The position numbers were made by a program, and so were the translations under genes. A stretch of 64,000 nt of DNA from Acidobacteriota bacterium. GTDB taxonomy: Bacteria > Acidobacteriota > UBA6911 > RPQK01 > JAJDTT01. This document shows positions 16,869 through 26,476 of this stretch, one piece after another. The stretch's first letter is position 1, and every line of letters begins with the position of its first letter. Below the pieces are notes generated by a model. It was not told the origin of the DNA. It was given only the letters and a program-made list of their open reading frames with translations, and searched no databases. The stretch covers positions 2,816,001 through 2,880,000 of the forward strand of contig OZ242374.1 of NCBI GenBank assembly GCA_965209055.1. Direction: 5' to 3'.

Positions 16869-19031
16869 ATGAATCGCAGAAAATTCCTTGCCCTCTCTGG
16901 TACCGCCATGACCGCGGGGACCTGGCCCGCGGTTTCCGCGCCGGCGGCTCGGGAGCAGCGCCCCGGCTTGTCCGAGGAGTTCCTGCTCGGAGTCGAGTAC
17001 TACCGGGCTCCCATGCCTCCCCAGGAGTTCTGGGACCAGGACTTCGCGGACATCCGGCGCGCCGGGCTGCGCATCATCCGGACCTTCTCCTACTGGAACT
17101 GGATGGAGCCTCAGCCCGGAAAATACGAGCTGGACGATTTCGACCGGCTCTTCGAGCTGGCCCTCAAGCACGACCTCCTGGTCTGGTTCGACATGACGCT
17201 GGCCACCCATGGGGCCGCGCCTGAGTGGATGAGGCGCCGCCATCCCGACATGCGCGTGGTTTCGAGCGAGGGAGTGGTCGCGGTGCCCCGGGCCGGCAAC
17301 GCCGCTCCCCAGGGCCGGCAGTGGCACTGCTACAACCACCCCAAGTGGCGGGAGTACGGGGGCGCCATTCTGAAAACGGTGGTGGACCGCTACAAGGACG
17401 CGCCGAACCTGATCATGTGGAGCGTCTGGGACGGGGTGGCGCCGGCGGCCGCGCACTACGGGTTTCCCAAGGGCTGCTATTGCCAGCACTCCATCGCTGC
17501 CTACCGCGATTGGCTGAAGCGGCGTTTCAGCCTGGATCAACTCAACCGGAAGCTGCACCGCCGCTACCGGGACTGGGCGGACGTGGAGCCGGCCCGGTCC
17601 AATTCGGCCATCGTCGAGATGATGTTGTGGCAGGAATTCCAGAACGAAGACCTGCGGGACCAGGTCCGGTGGCAGGTGGAAGTGGTCCGCAGCCTGGACG
17701 ACCGTCACGAGGTCCGGGGACACGGGGCGTACTTTCCTCGAATCTGGGACGAGATCAGCGCCCGGGAGTTCGATTCGTGGGGGTTCTCCTCCCGCAGCAA
17801 CGACTTTCTCAGTGGCGACGACCCCTACCGTTTCGCCGAGACCTGTTTCGCCACCGACTGGTCGCGCAGCATCGGTACGGGCGGCCGCTGGTGGTACGAG
17901 GAGATCTACGCCGGGATGAACCCGGGCGGCATACACCATAAACGGCAGACGACTCCCGAGGAGATCAGCGTCAACATGTGGCTGGCGCTGGCGCGGGGAG
18001 GCTCCGGCGCCCTGTTTTGGCAATACCGTCCCGAGTACATGAGCTTCGAGGCTCCGGGTCTGAACCTGGTCTCTCTGGGCGGCGTCCGGCTGCCGCGGCT
18101 GGAAGCCGCGGAAAAGACGATCCGGCAGATGGAGCGGGTGCGGCCCCACCTTCCGCTCCGGGTTCCCAAAGCCGAGATGGCTATCGTCTACCACGAGAAG
18201 AGCGACCTGCTGCACCGGTTCGGCAAGGCCGGAACGGACTATCGGGAGAGCCTCAGGGGCACGTACCGGACGCTGTGGGAGCACAACATCCCCGTGGACG
18301 TGGTCAGCCCCCGCATGGATTGGGACGGTTACAAGCTGGTCTATCTCCCGCGGACGGCCGTCCTCGATGAGGATCTCCTGGCGAAGATCAGGCGCACCGT
18401 CAGGGGCGGCGAGGGTCCCCGCCTGGTGGCCGACGGACCGTTCGGAACCAACGCCGAAAACGGCCGCTTCAGTTTCGATCCGCCCGAGGGATTGTCCGAG
18501 CTGTTGGGCGTCAAGACCCTGGATCACAGCCGGATCACGGCCAAGGAAATCCGCGACCGGACGAATCGCTTGCGGCTGGAAGGGGACGAGCTTGCCATCG
18601 GCCGGGAGTGCAACTTCATCGGACTGCAGGTGTCGGATCCGGCCCGGGCGATCGCCTGGTACGGCGATGAGGTGGTCGGGATTCAGACTTCCGGCCGGCG
18701 CTTCACCTGGATCACCATTTCGCTTTGGGAAGGAATCGAGAATTCCGTGAGAGGCAAGTTGCTGGTTCCGCTGGTGCAGTCATTGGGCGTCGATTCCCCG
18801 GTCCGCTCGGAGGGCGATCGGATCATCGTGCAACTGGCCCAAGCCAGGGAGGAAGGCGTGCTGATGTTCCTCTTCAACGTGGAGCCACAGCCCGCCGAAA
18901 CCGAACTGGCGCCCATGTGGAGCTTTTCGAAGGTTCAGGATCTGATCGGCGGGCAGGCCGTGCCGGTGCGGGAAGGACGGTTCAGCGTCCAGGTTCCGCG
19001 CCAAGAGGTGAGGGTCCTGCATCTCAGCTAG
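16869..19031 (+). CDS. Tat-exported GH42-like beta-galactosidase family protein
   Basis: NRRKFL signal; GVEYY, WNWMEPQPGKY, CYCQHS, FWQYRP. Confidence 0.8.
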   Translation: MNRRKFLALSGTAMTAGTWPAVSAPAAREQRPGLSEEFLLGVEYYRAPMPPQEFWDQDFADIRRAGLRIIRTFSYWNWMEPQPGKYELDDFDRLFELALKHDLLVWFDMTLATHGAAPEWMRRRHPDMRVVSSEGVVAVPRAGNAAPQGRQWHCYNHPKWREYGGAILKTVVDRYKDAPNLIMWSVWDGVAPAAAHYGFPKGCYCQHSIAAYRDWLKRRFSLDQLNRKLHRRYRDWADVEPARSNSAIVEMMLWQEFQNEDLRDQVRWQVEVVRSLDDRHEVRGHGAYFPRIWDEISAREFDSWGFSSRSNDFLSGDDPYRFAETCFATDWSRSIGTGGRWWYEEIYAGMNPGGIHHKRQTTPEEISVNMWLALARGGSGALFWQYRPEYMSFEAPGLNLVSLGGVRLPRLEAAEKTIRQMERVRPHLPLRVPKAEMAIVYHEKSDLLHRFGKAGTDYRESLRGTYRTLWEHNIPVDVVSPRMDWDGYKLVYLPRTAVLDEDLLAKIRRTVRGGEGPRLVADGPFGTNAENGRFSFDPPEGLSELLGVKTLDHSRITAKEIRDRTNRLRLEGDELAIGRECNFIGLQVSDPARAIAWYGDEVVGIQTSGRRFTWITISLWEGIENSVRGKLLVPLVQSLGVDSPVRSEGDRIIVQLAQAREEGVLMFLFNVEPQPAETELAPMWSFSKVQDLIGGQAVPVREGRFSVQVPRQEVRVLHLS

Positions 19032-19054
19032 AGGTGCCTTTTGGGGAAGTGTCC

Positions 19055-20707
19055 ATGCCATCCGATCCCGAAACGGAATCTCCTTCCAGCCTGAATCGCC
19101 GCGAGTTCATCGGCGCAGGTGCAATGGGAACAGCCGTAGCGGCGGCGCCCGCCGCGTGCCGGACGGAACCTCCTCAGGAGGCCGGGGCGAATCCTGCATC
19201 CGTCGCTCCCTTCGAGCTGGACGAGGTCTCCATCCTGGAACTCCAGCGAAGGATGGACTCGGGACAGGAGACGGCTCGCTCCATTGCCGGGAAATACCTG
19301 CTCCGCATCGAGGAGATCGATGGCCAGGGACCGGCGCTCCGTTCCGTCATCGAGGTCAATCCTGAAGCCCTCGCCATCGCCGATTCCCTGGATCGGGAAC
19401 GGCGGGAGTCCGGCGCCCGGGGACCACTGCACGGCATTCCCATCCTGATCAAGGACAACATCGACACGGCCGACCGGATGACGACCACCGCCGGTTCGCT
19501 GGCGCTCGAGGGTTCCATTGCAGCACAGGACTCGTTCGTGGCGCGAAAACTGCGGGAAGCGGGGGCGGTCCTGCTGGGGAAGACCAACCTCAGCGAGTGG
19601 GCCAACTTCCGATCGACCCGCTCCACCAGCGGCTGGAGCGGACGCGGCGGCCTCACCCGGAATCCCTACGCCCTGAATCGGAATCCCTGCGGCTCCAGCT
19701 CCGGTTCGGGTGTGGCCGTCTCGGCCAATCTCTGCTCGGCCGCCATCGGAACCGAGACCGACGGGTCCATCGTCTGTCCCTCGACGGCCAACGGGATCGT
19801 GGGAATCAAGCCGACGGTGGGACTGGCCAGCCGGACCGGGATCATTCCCATTTCCCACAGTCAGGATACGGCCGGACCCATGGCCCGGACGGTGGCGGAC
19901 GCCGTGGCGGTCCTGGGAGCCCTGACCGGAGTCGATCCCGCCGACCCCCACACGGCGGCGAGCCAGGGACGGTCGCACGCCGACTACAGCCGGTTTCTGG
20001 ACCCTTCCGGGCTTCGCGGAGCCCGAGTCGGACTGGTCCGCCGGCTTCTGGGCTTTCATCCGGACGTGGACCGCATCGTCGAAGAGGCGGTGGCGGCCAT
20101 GCGGGACCAGGGAGCGGTGGTCGTCGATCCCGTAGACATTCCGACCTGGGGACAGTGGAGCGAGTCGGAACTGGAGGTCATGCTCTACGAGTTCAAGGCC
20201 GGGCTGAACGCCTATCTGGCCGGACTGGGAGGGTCGCGGCGGGTCACGTCACTGAAGGATCTCATCCGGTTCAACGAAGAGAATGCGGATCGGGAGATGC
20301 CCTACTTCGGCCAGGAACATTTCATTCAGGCCCAGGCGAAGGGGCCCCTGACCGACAGGAGATACCGGGACGCCCTGGCCAGAAATCATCGTCTGAGCCG
20401 GGAAGAGGGCATCGACCGGGTGATGGACGAGCATCGGTTGGATGCCCTGCTGGCGCCCACCGGGGGTCCGGCCTGGGTCACCGACCTCGTGAACGGCGAC
20501 AGCTACGGTGGCGGCAGTTCCGGCGCCGCGGCGGTGTCGGGCTATCCCAACATTACCGTTCCGGCGGGCTTCGTCCACGGCCTTCCGGTGGGGATCTCCT
20601 TTTTCGGGCGTGCCTGGAGCGAAGGAAAGCTCCTCCGGCTGGCGTACGCGTTCGAGCAGGCGACGCAGGTGCGCCGAGCGCCTCAATTCCGTCCAGCTGC
20701 GGGTTAG
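19055..20707 (+). CDS. Tat-exported amidase
   Basis: NRREFI signal; [29 protein letters not shown]. Confidence 0.9.
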   Translation: MPSDPETESPSSLNRREFIGAGAMGTAVAAAPAACRTEPPQEAGANPASVAPFELDEVSILELQRRMDSGQETARSIAGKYLLRIEEIDGQGPALRSVIEVNPEALAIADSLDRERRESGARGPLHGIPILIKDNIDTADRMTTTAGSLALEGSIAAQDSFVARKLREAGAVLLGKTNLSEWANFRSTRSTSGWSGRGGLTRNPYALNRNPCGSSSGSGVAVSANLCSAAIGTETDGSIVCPSTANGIVGIKPTVGLASRTGIIPISHSQDTAGPMARTVADAVAVLGALTGVDPADPHTAASQGRSHADYSRFLDPSGLRGARVGLVRRLLGFHPDVDRIVEEAVAAMRDQGAVVVDPVDIPTWGQWSESELEVMLYEFKAGLNAYLAGLGGSRRVTSLKDLIRFNEENADREMPYFGQEHFIQAQAKGPLTDRRYRDALARNHRLSREEGIDRVMDEHRLDALLAPTGGPAWVTDLVNGDSYGGGSSGAAAVSGYPNITVPAGFVHGLPVGISFFGRAWSEGKLLRLAYAFEQATQVRRAPQFRPAAG

Positions 20708-20734
20708 CATCCCCTTGGCCTGGGGGCGAGGGTG

Positions 20735-20809
20735 TGTAGTCCCGTGGGAGGGGGTTTTTGACCCCCGATTCCGGAGCTGGGATGAAGAGGGGGACTAACA
20801 ATCCTCCCT
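20735..20809. repeat. REP-like dispersed repeat
   Basis: Matches 23326-23400 (CCCGATTCCGGAGC..GATGAAGAGGGGG.ACTA.CA.TCC). Confidence 0.7.
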
Positions 20810-20811
20810 TC

Positions 20812-21395
20812 TATCAATGGCCGTTGAAAATTGCACACTTTTGGCCTTCGAAAATTGCACACTTTTGGCCACTGAAAATTGCACAGGTCGCGGGAGCCCC
20901 CGTGAAGGGAGCGTAGCGACCGCCACGGGGGCTCCCGCGGCCGGACCTGGTCCCCTCATGCCGCCCTCCTCCCCAAGCCCGATTCCTGGGCACTGACGGC
21001 TCGGGCGGCGGTCGGATGGATCGCCTTCGAGAGTTCCGCGTGGTGCCTCAGCCGGTAGCTATTCCCCCGGATGTTGACGATGTGGCACCGGTGCAGGACC
21101 CGGTCCAGAAGCGCCGCCGCCATCACCTCGTCCCCCAAGATCTGGCCCCATTCCTCGAAGCCCTTGTTCGAGGTCAATACCGTCGAGGCCCGCTCGTAGC
21201 GCCGGTTCACCAGTTGGAAGAACAGGACCGCTCCGCTCTGGCTCACCGGTAGGTAGCCGATCTCATCCACCACCAGGAGCGCCGGATGGGTCAGGGTCTT
21301 GAGCCGGTGGTTGAGCCGGCCCGCCGCTTTCGCTTCCTCCAACGAGTCAATCAGATCCAGCAACGTGCCATAGTAGACCCGCCGTCCACGCTCGG
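20812..21395 (-). mobile_element. IS21-family remnant (one end plus 3' part of istB)
   Basis: End TATCAATGGCC; three 24-bp-period GGCCnnnGAAAATTGCACA repeats at 20819-20885; istB fragment. Confidence 0.85.
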
Positions 21396-21399
21396 CCGC
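20956..21399 (-). pseudogene. istB: 5'-truncated IstB ATPase
   Basis: LLVVDEIGYLP, RYERAS, LTSN, ALLDRVLHRC, GNSYR; Walker A absent. Confidence 0.88.
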
Positions 21400-21587
21400 G
21401 AGAGGTTGCCGGCGTCCGGAGGGGTACGGACCGGTCCTTTCCGTGTCTGCAAGTCTCCGGTCTCCTTCGCCGATTGGTTTTCATTCGGCCGTGCGCAGGC
21501 TCCACCGAACACCGCCAGGACGGCTGCCAACAGAATTTCGGGAAGCGACCTGCGGATGAACGATGTCTTCCGGATCGTCCCGGCCAA
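21393..21587 (-). pseudogene. 5' fragment of a paralogue of the 23438-24883 lipoprotein
   Basis: MAGTIRKTSFIRRS...PPDAGNLSRP matches the intact N-terminus, then runs into istB. Confidence 0.85.
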
Positions 21588-21622
21588 TTCCTATTCCCCT
21601 CTAACTGACCGGACTCGTCGGC

Positions 21623-23128
21623 TTACCTGAACTTCAGCGAGAACAGATCGGCGTCTTTCATGACGAAGCGGAGCCGCACCGGTTTCCCGGAGATCCGTCT
21701 CAGGGGCTCGTCAGTGGTGGCCCGGGAATGCGAACGCTCCCAGCGGACGGTGTGCTCGATTTCATCCCCCCAGATCAGAGGCGATTCCTCCAAGGCAAAG
21801 CCCGGAAGCGGATTGCCATCGGCATCCTGAATCTCCAGGTGAATGCTTCCGGCGGCCGACGTGGCGAAATTGAGGACCAGATTGTTCCCTTGGAAGACGA
21901 GGGGCTTGGTCAGCAGCTCCCCGCCGCCGTAGCCGGCAGAAGCGGACGCGAAACCGTCGGTGCGCAGGGCCATCCGCTCCAAGTGAGCGCTGGGAGAGGT
22001 GTAATGGCGGGCCACGTAGATCGATATCTCATCGTTGGCAGTGGGCAGCACTCCGGCCGCGATCATGTTGGTGCGATGGACCCAGCTCTTGGGATCCCGC
22101 CCCGGCCGCACGAAAGCCTCCATGAAGCGCCGGTCCCAGTGCACTCCGTCCCGGCTGCTCATGAAGACACCTTCCGATACGCCTGAACTGGAGACGTCGG
22201 GGTGAAACGTCCTCCACAGAACGAAACGCTTGGGAAAGGCCAGGTAGATGTGCGGCGCCCTGAAATAAGGCCGGGTGGCGTTGGTGTAGAGCTGTTCCCG
22301 GGGAGTGTTTCCGTAGTCGGCATACGTGCCCGGTGGCCAGTCGACGAAGTTCTGGGAATGAGAGAACTTGATGGTTCGGACACCGTCCTGACCGATTCGG
22401 TAGATGGCCGAGTAACGCTGCCGCACCGAATCCCAGAAGACCACGTTCAGGGAATCGAATTTTCCGTCGGTGATGATGGGCTCGTCCCGGACCTTGCTCC
22501 AGTGGATTCCGTCGGGAGAAACGAAGCCCAGCAGGACCGGTTTGCCGTCGATGTAGCCCGAGCCCACCGCCTTGTATCGCTGCGAATCGGGAGCATCGGG
22601 ATTGCCGTCCTTGAAGGGGGAGAAGTTGTGGGCCCCGGCCCGGTTTCCGCTCCAGACGATGTTGTTGTCCTTGGACCCTTCGAACTCGATCAGCCCCAGA
22701 GAGGGACGGGACCAGTGGATGCCGTCCCGGCTCTCGGCGTAGCAGGCCACCTGCTCATGTTCGGGAACAGGCTTCTCGCCCGGTTTCATCAGCGACTGGA
22801 TCGTATATCCGGCGTGGCTGCTCCCCCGGTAGTACATGCGGAAGAGGTCTCCGTCCTGGAAGACCGTGTGGAAGGCACTGGTGGTGCCTTCCCAGGGCTT
22901 GTCGTGATTCATGACGATGCCCGCCGGCTGTGGCGTCTGAAGCCGGAGGCGAACTCCGTCCATGGACTCGATGACGTAGTCGTCCACGAACAGTTCCAGC
23001 CGGGAACCGATTTTGAGCGGAGAAGTGGAATCCGCTTCCGCCGGGACCTGCCCGAATGACACCAGAACCAATACGGTCGCACCTATCGCTCGTTGCATTT
23101 CAGGATTCCTCCTCACGTTCAATTGCAA
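21623..23128 (-). CDS. Secreted beta-propeller glycoside hydrolase-like protein, paralogue 1
   Basis: Signal peptide; ELFVDD, YAESRDGIHW, FDSLN, SRDGVHW, LRTDGF. Confidence 0.7.
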   Translation of the reverse strand: MQLNVRRNPEMQRAIGATVLVLVSFGQVPAEADSTSPLKIGSRLELFVDDYVIESMDGVRLRLQTPQPAGIVMNHDKPWEGTTSAFHTVFQDGDLFRMYYRGSSHAGYTIQSLMKPGEKPVPEHEQVACYAESRDGIHWSRPSLGLIEFEGSKDNNIVWSGNRAGAHNFSPFKDGNPDAPDSQRYKAVGSGYIDGKPVLLGFVSPDGIHWSKVRDEPIITDGKFDSLNVVFWDSVRQRYSAIYRIGQDGVRTIKFSHSQNFVDWPPGTYADYGNTPREQLYTNATRPYFRAPHIYLAFPKRFVLWRTFHPDVSSSGVSEGVFMSSRDGVHWDRRFMEAFVRPGRDPKSWVHRTNMIAAGVLPTANDEISIYVARHYTSPSAHLERMALRTDGFASASAGYGGGELLTKPLVFQGNNLVLNFATSAAGSIHLEIQDADGNPLPGFALEESPLIWGDEIEHTVRWERSHSRATTDEPLRRISGKPVRLRFVMKDADLFSLKFR

Positions 23129-23181
23129 TTCCCGATTCTCTTACGCGCTTGAGACCCCCAGCATGACACGGGGAGGAAAAA

Positions 23182-23276
23182 ATGGCCGCACCTGTTCCAA
23201 AGCGAAAAAGATCCCGCTTCGCCGTCATCTGCGTCGCTCTCGGTCTCGTAACCGGATCGTTGACCCTGGCGAAACC
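23182..23276 (+). pseudogene. 5' fragment of a paralogue of 26477-28336
   Basis: Same RBS and signal peptide (VALGLVTGSLTLAKP); similarity stops at 23276. Confidence 0.75.
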
Positions 23277-23325
23277 TGGAAATCGAGACTGTCCCTTTCA
23301 GTTTCCTTGAGTAGGGGCATTGGTT

Positions 23326-23441
23326 TGTAGCCCCGTGGGGGCGGGGGATAACTCCCGATTCCGGAGCGGCGATGAAGAGGGGGGACTAGCAGTCCCTCCT
23401 CCCAGGGGACGAAGAGGGGGATTAACAGTCCCCCCTCCTAG
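23326..23441. repeat. REP-like cluster
   Basis: GGGGGACTAGCAGTCCCTCC and GGGGGATTAACAGTCCCCCC palindromes. Confidence 0.75.
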
Positions 23442-24883
23442 TTCGTGGGTTGGGGTCGGCGGACGGTTCCGTCGCGCTTGATGGGAATCGGCTGGGCGGC
23501 TGGCGTCGTGCCGGGTTCGTGGACGATCCAATCGCCGACGCTCGCTCCTTTCGGCCGCGAACGCGACGGCCTCCTGGCTCCTTTTCCCGGTTGGTACCGG
23601 ATAGTGGAGAGGTGCGGAGTCTGCACCCGTGTCCCGCCCTGGCTGCGGGAGATCATGGCCGCCTCCAGGATGCCCGTGGTCAGAAGGGTTCGTTCCACGG
23701 GGTTTGGGGCAGTGCCCGAAACGAAGAAGTCCTCGATGTTGAGACCCAAATAACCGAACGCGGCTCGGGCGGGACCGCCGGCGATGTGGTACTCGAGCGA
23801 GTCGGTCGATGCTCCGCGTTGCTGGGCGTAGGCGAATTTGCGGACGTAGCCGTCTCCCAGCATCAGGACCGCGGCCTCCAGTCCGTCGACGTAGTCCACG
23901 AGAAAAACATGGGGGTCGTAGACCTGCGCCGGGTCCAACTGGCCCGGTCCATCCTCGATCCGGCTCAGTGCCTCATTGGCCAGCGGGATTGACCATCGGC
24001 CCTCATTGCCGGCCTGCCACACTTTGTCGCCCGATAGGCATTGAACGGAGCGGACTCCGGTCTCGCCGCCGCGCCGCCGTTCGACGTTGGACTGGAGGAC
24101 CTCCAGGGCGTGAAAGCCGTACCTCTCCACCATGTGGAAACCGATGACGAGAGCCCGGTCCACCGGCTGACCCAAGGGATGTTCCCAGTTGGGGTTGCGC
24201 CAGACGACGGGCAGAGCCGACGCGGCCCAGAGGGGGATATTCTTTGCCTTGGCCGTTTCGTACATCCAGGCGGCATCGTCCCACCGGTAGGAGAGGTGCT
24301 TGTCGTTGAAGACCGGGATGGGCCGGTCCGCTTCGCCGATGACGCCGGCGATCTGTTCGAAGAAGTAGCGCCGCGGCAACATCTCCTGGCCCAGTTCCGA
24401 CCGCGGGTAGTCGCCGTGCTCCCCGATCAGCAGCACCGCATCCACCGCCAGTTCATCTCCTCCCAGGGTCAGCGCCGCCCGGATGCTCTCGTACAAGGGG
24501 ATGTCGAATTCGTAGGCGATCTGGCGGCCGACGTCTCGCTCGTGAATCTGGTCGATGTACAGCGAGACGATCGTGGACCGGGGTGGAATGACGCCCTCGT
24601 CGGTGGGAAATCCGCGGAGGAACTTATCGACGATGACCCCGGCATGGCTGTTGGGAAAGAAGGTGGTCACGACGGCGGCGATCCGGAGCGGCCGCGAGCG
24701 GTTGCCGGCGTCCGGAGGCATAGGGACCGATTCTGTCCGTGGCTGCAAATATCCGGTCTCGATCGCCGATTCGTTTGCGTCCGGTCCCGAACAGGCTGCG
24801 CCGAACGCCGCCAGGACGGCTGCCAACAGAATTCCGGGAAACGACCTGCGGATGAACGGTGTCTTCCGGATCGTCCCGGCCAA
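23438..24883 (-). CDS. Conserved hypothetical lipoprotein, possibly oxidoreductase-like
   Basis: Lipobox FGAAC; LAVDAVLLIGEHGDYP, FNDKHLS, YGFHALE. Confidence 0.7.
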   Translation of the reverse strand: MAGTIRKTPFIRRSFPGILLAAVLAAFGAACSGPDANESAIETGYLQPRTESVPMPPDAGNRSRPLRIAAVVTTFFPNSHAGVIVDKFLRGFPTDEGVIPPRSTIVSLYIDQIHERDVGRQIAYEFDIPLYESIRAALTLGGDELAVDAVLLIGEHGDYPRSELGQEMLPRRYFFEQIAGVIGEADRPIPVFNDKHLSYRWDDAAWMYETAKAKNIPLWAASALPVVWRNPNWEHPLGQPVDRALVIGFHMVERYGFHALEVLQSNVERRRGGETGVRSVQCLSGDKVWQAGNEGRWSIPLANEALSRIEDGPGQLDPAQVYDPHVFLVDYVDGLEAAVLMLGDGYVRKFAYAQQRGASTDSLEYHIAGGPARAAFGYLGLNIEDFFVSGTAPNPVERTLLTTGILEAAMISRSQGGTRVQTPHLSTIRYQPGKGARRPSRSRPKGASVGDWIVHEPGTTPAAQPIPIKRDGTVRRPQPTN

Positions 24884-24917
24884 TTCCTCTCCCCTTTTTC
24901 CGACCGGACTCGGCAGC

Positions 24918-26423
24918 CTACCTGAACTTCAGCGAATACAGGTCGGCGTCCTTCATGACGAAGCGGAGCCGCACTGCTTTCCCGGTGATCCGTCTCAGGG
25001 GCTTGTCAGTGGTGGCCATGGAATGGGAACGCTCCCAGCGGACGGTGTGCTCGATTTCATCCCCCCAGATCAGAGGCGATTCCTCCAGAGCGAAGCCGGG
25101 GAGCGGTCTGCCCTCGGCATCCTGAATCTCCAGGTGAATGCTTCCGGCGGCCGACGTGGCGAAGTTGAGGATCAGGTTGGTCCCCTGGAAGATCAGGGGT
25201 TTGGTCAGCAGCTCCCCGCCGCCGTAGCCGGCAGAAGCGGAGGCGAAGCCGTCGGTGCGAAGGACCATCCGCTCCAAGTGGGCGCTGGGAGAGGTGTAGT
25301 GGCGGGACACGTAGATCGATATCTCGTCGTCGGCCGTAGGCAGCACCCCGGCCGCGATCATGTTGGTGCGATGGACCCAACTCCTGGGGTCCCGCCCCGG
25401 CCGCACGAATGCCTCCATGAAGCTCCGGTCCCAGTGCACTCCGTCCCGGCTGCTGATGAAGACCCCTTCCGATACCCCCGATCCGGAAACGTCGGGGTGC
25501 ATCGTCCTCCACTGAACGAAACGCTTGGGAAAGGCCACGTAGATGTGAGGCGCCCGAAAATAGGGAGAGGTGCCGTTGGTGTAGAGCTGCTCCCGCGGAG
25601 TGTCTCCGTAGTCGGCAAACGTGCCTGGCGGCCAGTCGACGAAGTTGTCGGTATGAGAGTGCTTGAAAGACCGGACGCCTTCATGACCGGCCCGGTAGAT
25701 GGCCGAGTAACGCTGCCGCACCGAATCCCAGAAGGCCACGTTCAGTGAATCGAAGGCGCCGTCGGTGATGATGGGCTCGTCCCGGACCTTGCTCCAGTGG
25801 ATTCCGTCGGGAGAGACGAAGCCCAACAGGACCGGTTTGCCGCCGATATTGCTCGATCCCACGGCCTTGTAGCGCTGCGAATCCGGAGCGTCGGGGTTTC
25901 CGTCCTTGAAGGGGGCGAAGTTGTGGCCCCCGTCCCGGTTTCCAATCCAGACGATGTTGTTGTCCTTGGACCCCTCGAACTCGATCAGCCCCAGGGTGGG
26001 ACGGGTCCAGTGGATCCCGTCCCGGCTCTCGGCGTAGCAGGCCACCTGCTCATGTTCGGGAATGGGCGTCTCGCCCGGTTTCATCAGCGACGGAATTGTG
26101 TAACCGGCATGACTGCTGCCCCGGTAGTACATGCGGAAGATTTCCCCGTCCTGGAAGACCGTGTGGTAGGCGCTGGTGGTGCCCTCCCAGGGTTTGTCGT
26201 GGTTCATGACGATGCCCGCCGGCCGCGGCGTGTGAAGCCGGAGGCGAACTCCGTCCATGGACTCGATGAGGTAGTCGTCCACGAACAGCTCGAGCCGCGA
26301 TCCAACTTGGACCGGAGAAGCAGAATCCGCTCCCGCCAGAACCTGCCCGAATGACACCAGAATCAAGACGGCTGCACCTGTCGCTCGTTGCATTTCAGGA
26401 TTTCCCCTCGCTTTCATTTGCAA
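24918..26423 (-). CDS. Secreted beta-propeller glycoside hydrolase-like protein, paralogue 2
   Basis: Colinear 501-aa paralogue of 21623-23128. Confidence 0.7.
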   Translation of the reverse strand: MQMKARGNPEMQRATGAAVLILVSFGQVLAGADSASPVQVGSRLELFVDDYLIESMDGVRLRLHTPRPAGIVMNHDKPWEGTTSAYHTVFQDGEIFRMYYRGSSHAGYTIPSLMKPGETPIPEHEQVACYAESRDGIHWTRPTLGLIEFEGSKDNNIVWIGNRDGGHNFAPFKDGNPDAPDSQRYKAVGSSNIGGKPVLLGFVSPDGIHWSKVRDEPIITDGAFDSLNVAFWDSVRQRYSAIYRAGHEGVRSFKHSHTDNFVDWPPGTFADYGDTPREQLYTNGTSPYFRAPHIYVAFPKRFVQWRTMHPDVSGSGVSEGVFISSRDGVHWDRSFMEAFVRPGRDPRSWVHRTNMIAAGVLPTADDEISIYVSRHYTSPSAHLERMVLRTDGFASASAGYGGGELLTKPLIFQGTNLILNFATSAAGSIHLEIQDAEGRPLPGFALEESPLIWGDEIEHTVRWERSHSMATTDKPLRRITGKAVRLRFVMKDADLYSLKFR

Positions 26424-26476
26424 TTCCCGATTCTCTTATGCGCTTGAGACCCCTATCATGACACGGGGAGGAAAAA

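Noticed and set aside
18725-19054. N-terminal extension of the amidase
   Set aside because: Overlaps the GH42 gene; the Tat motif follows ATG 19055
20819-20885. Mini-CRISPR-like repeats
   Set aside because: 24-bp period with only 3 variable bases, no spacers or cas genes; typical IS21 terminal repeats beside istB
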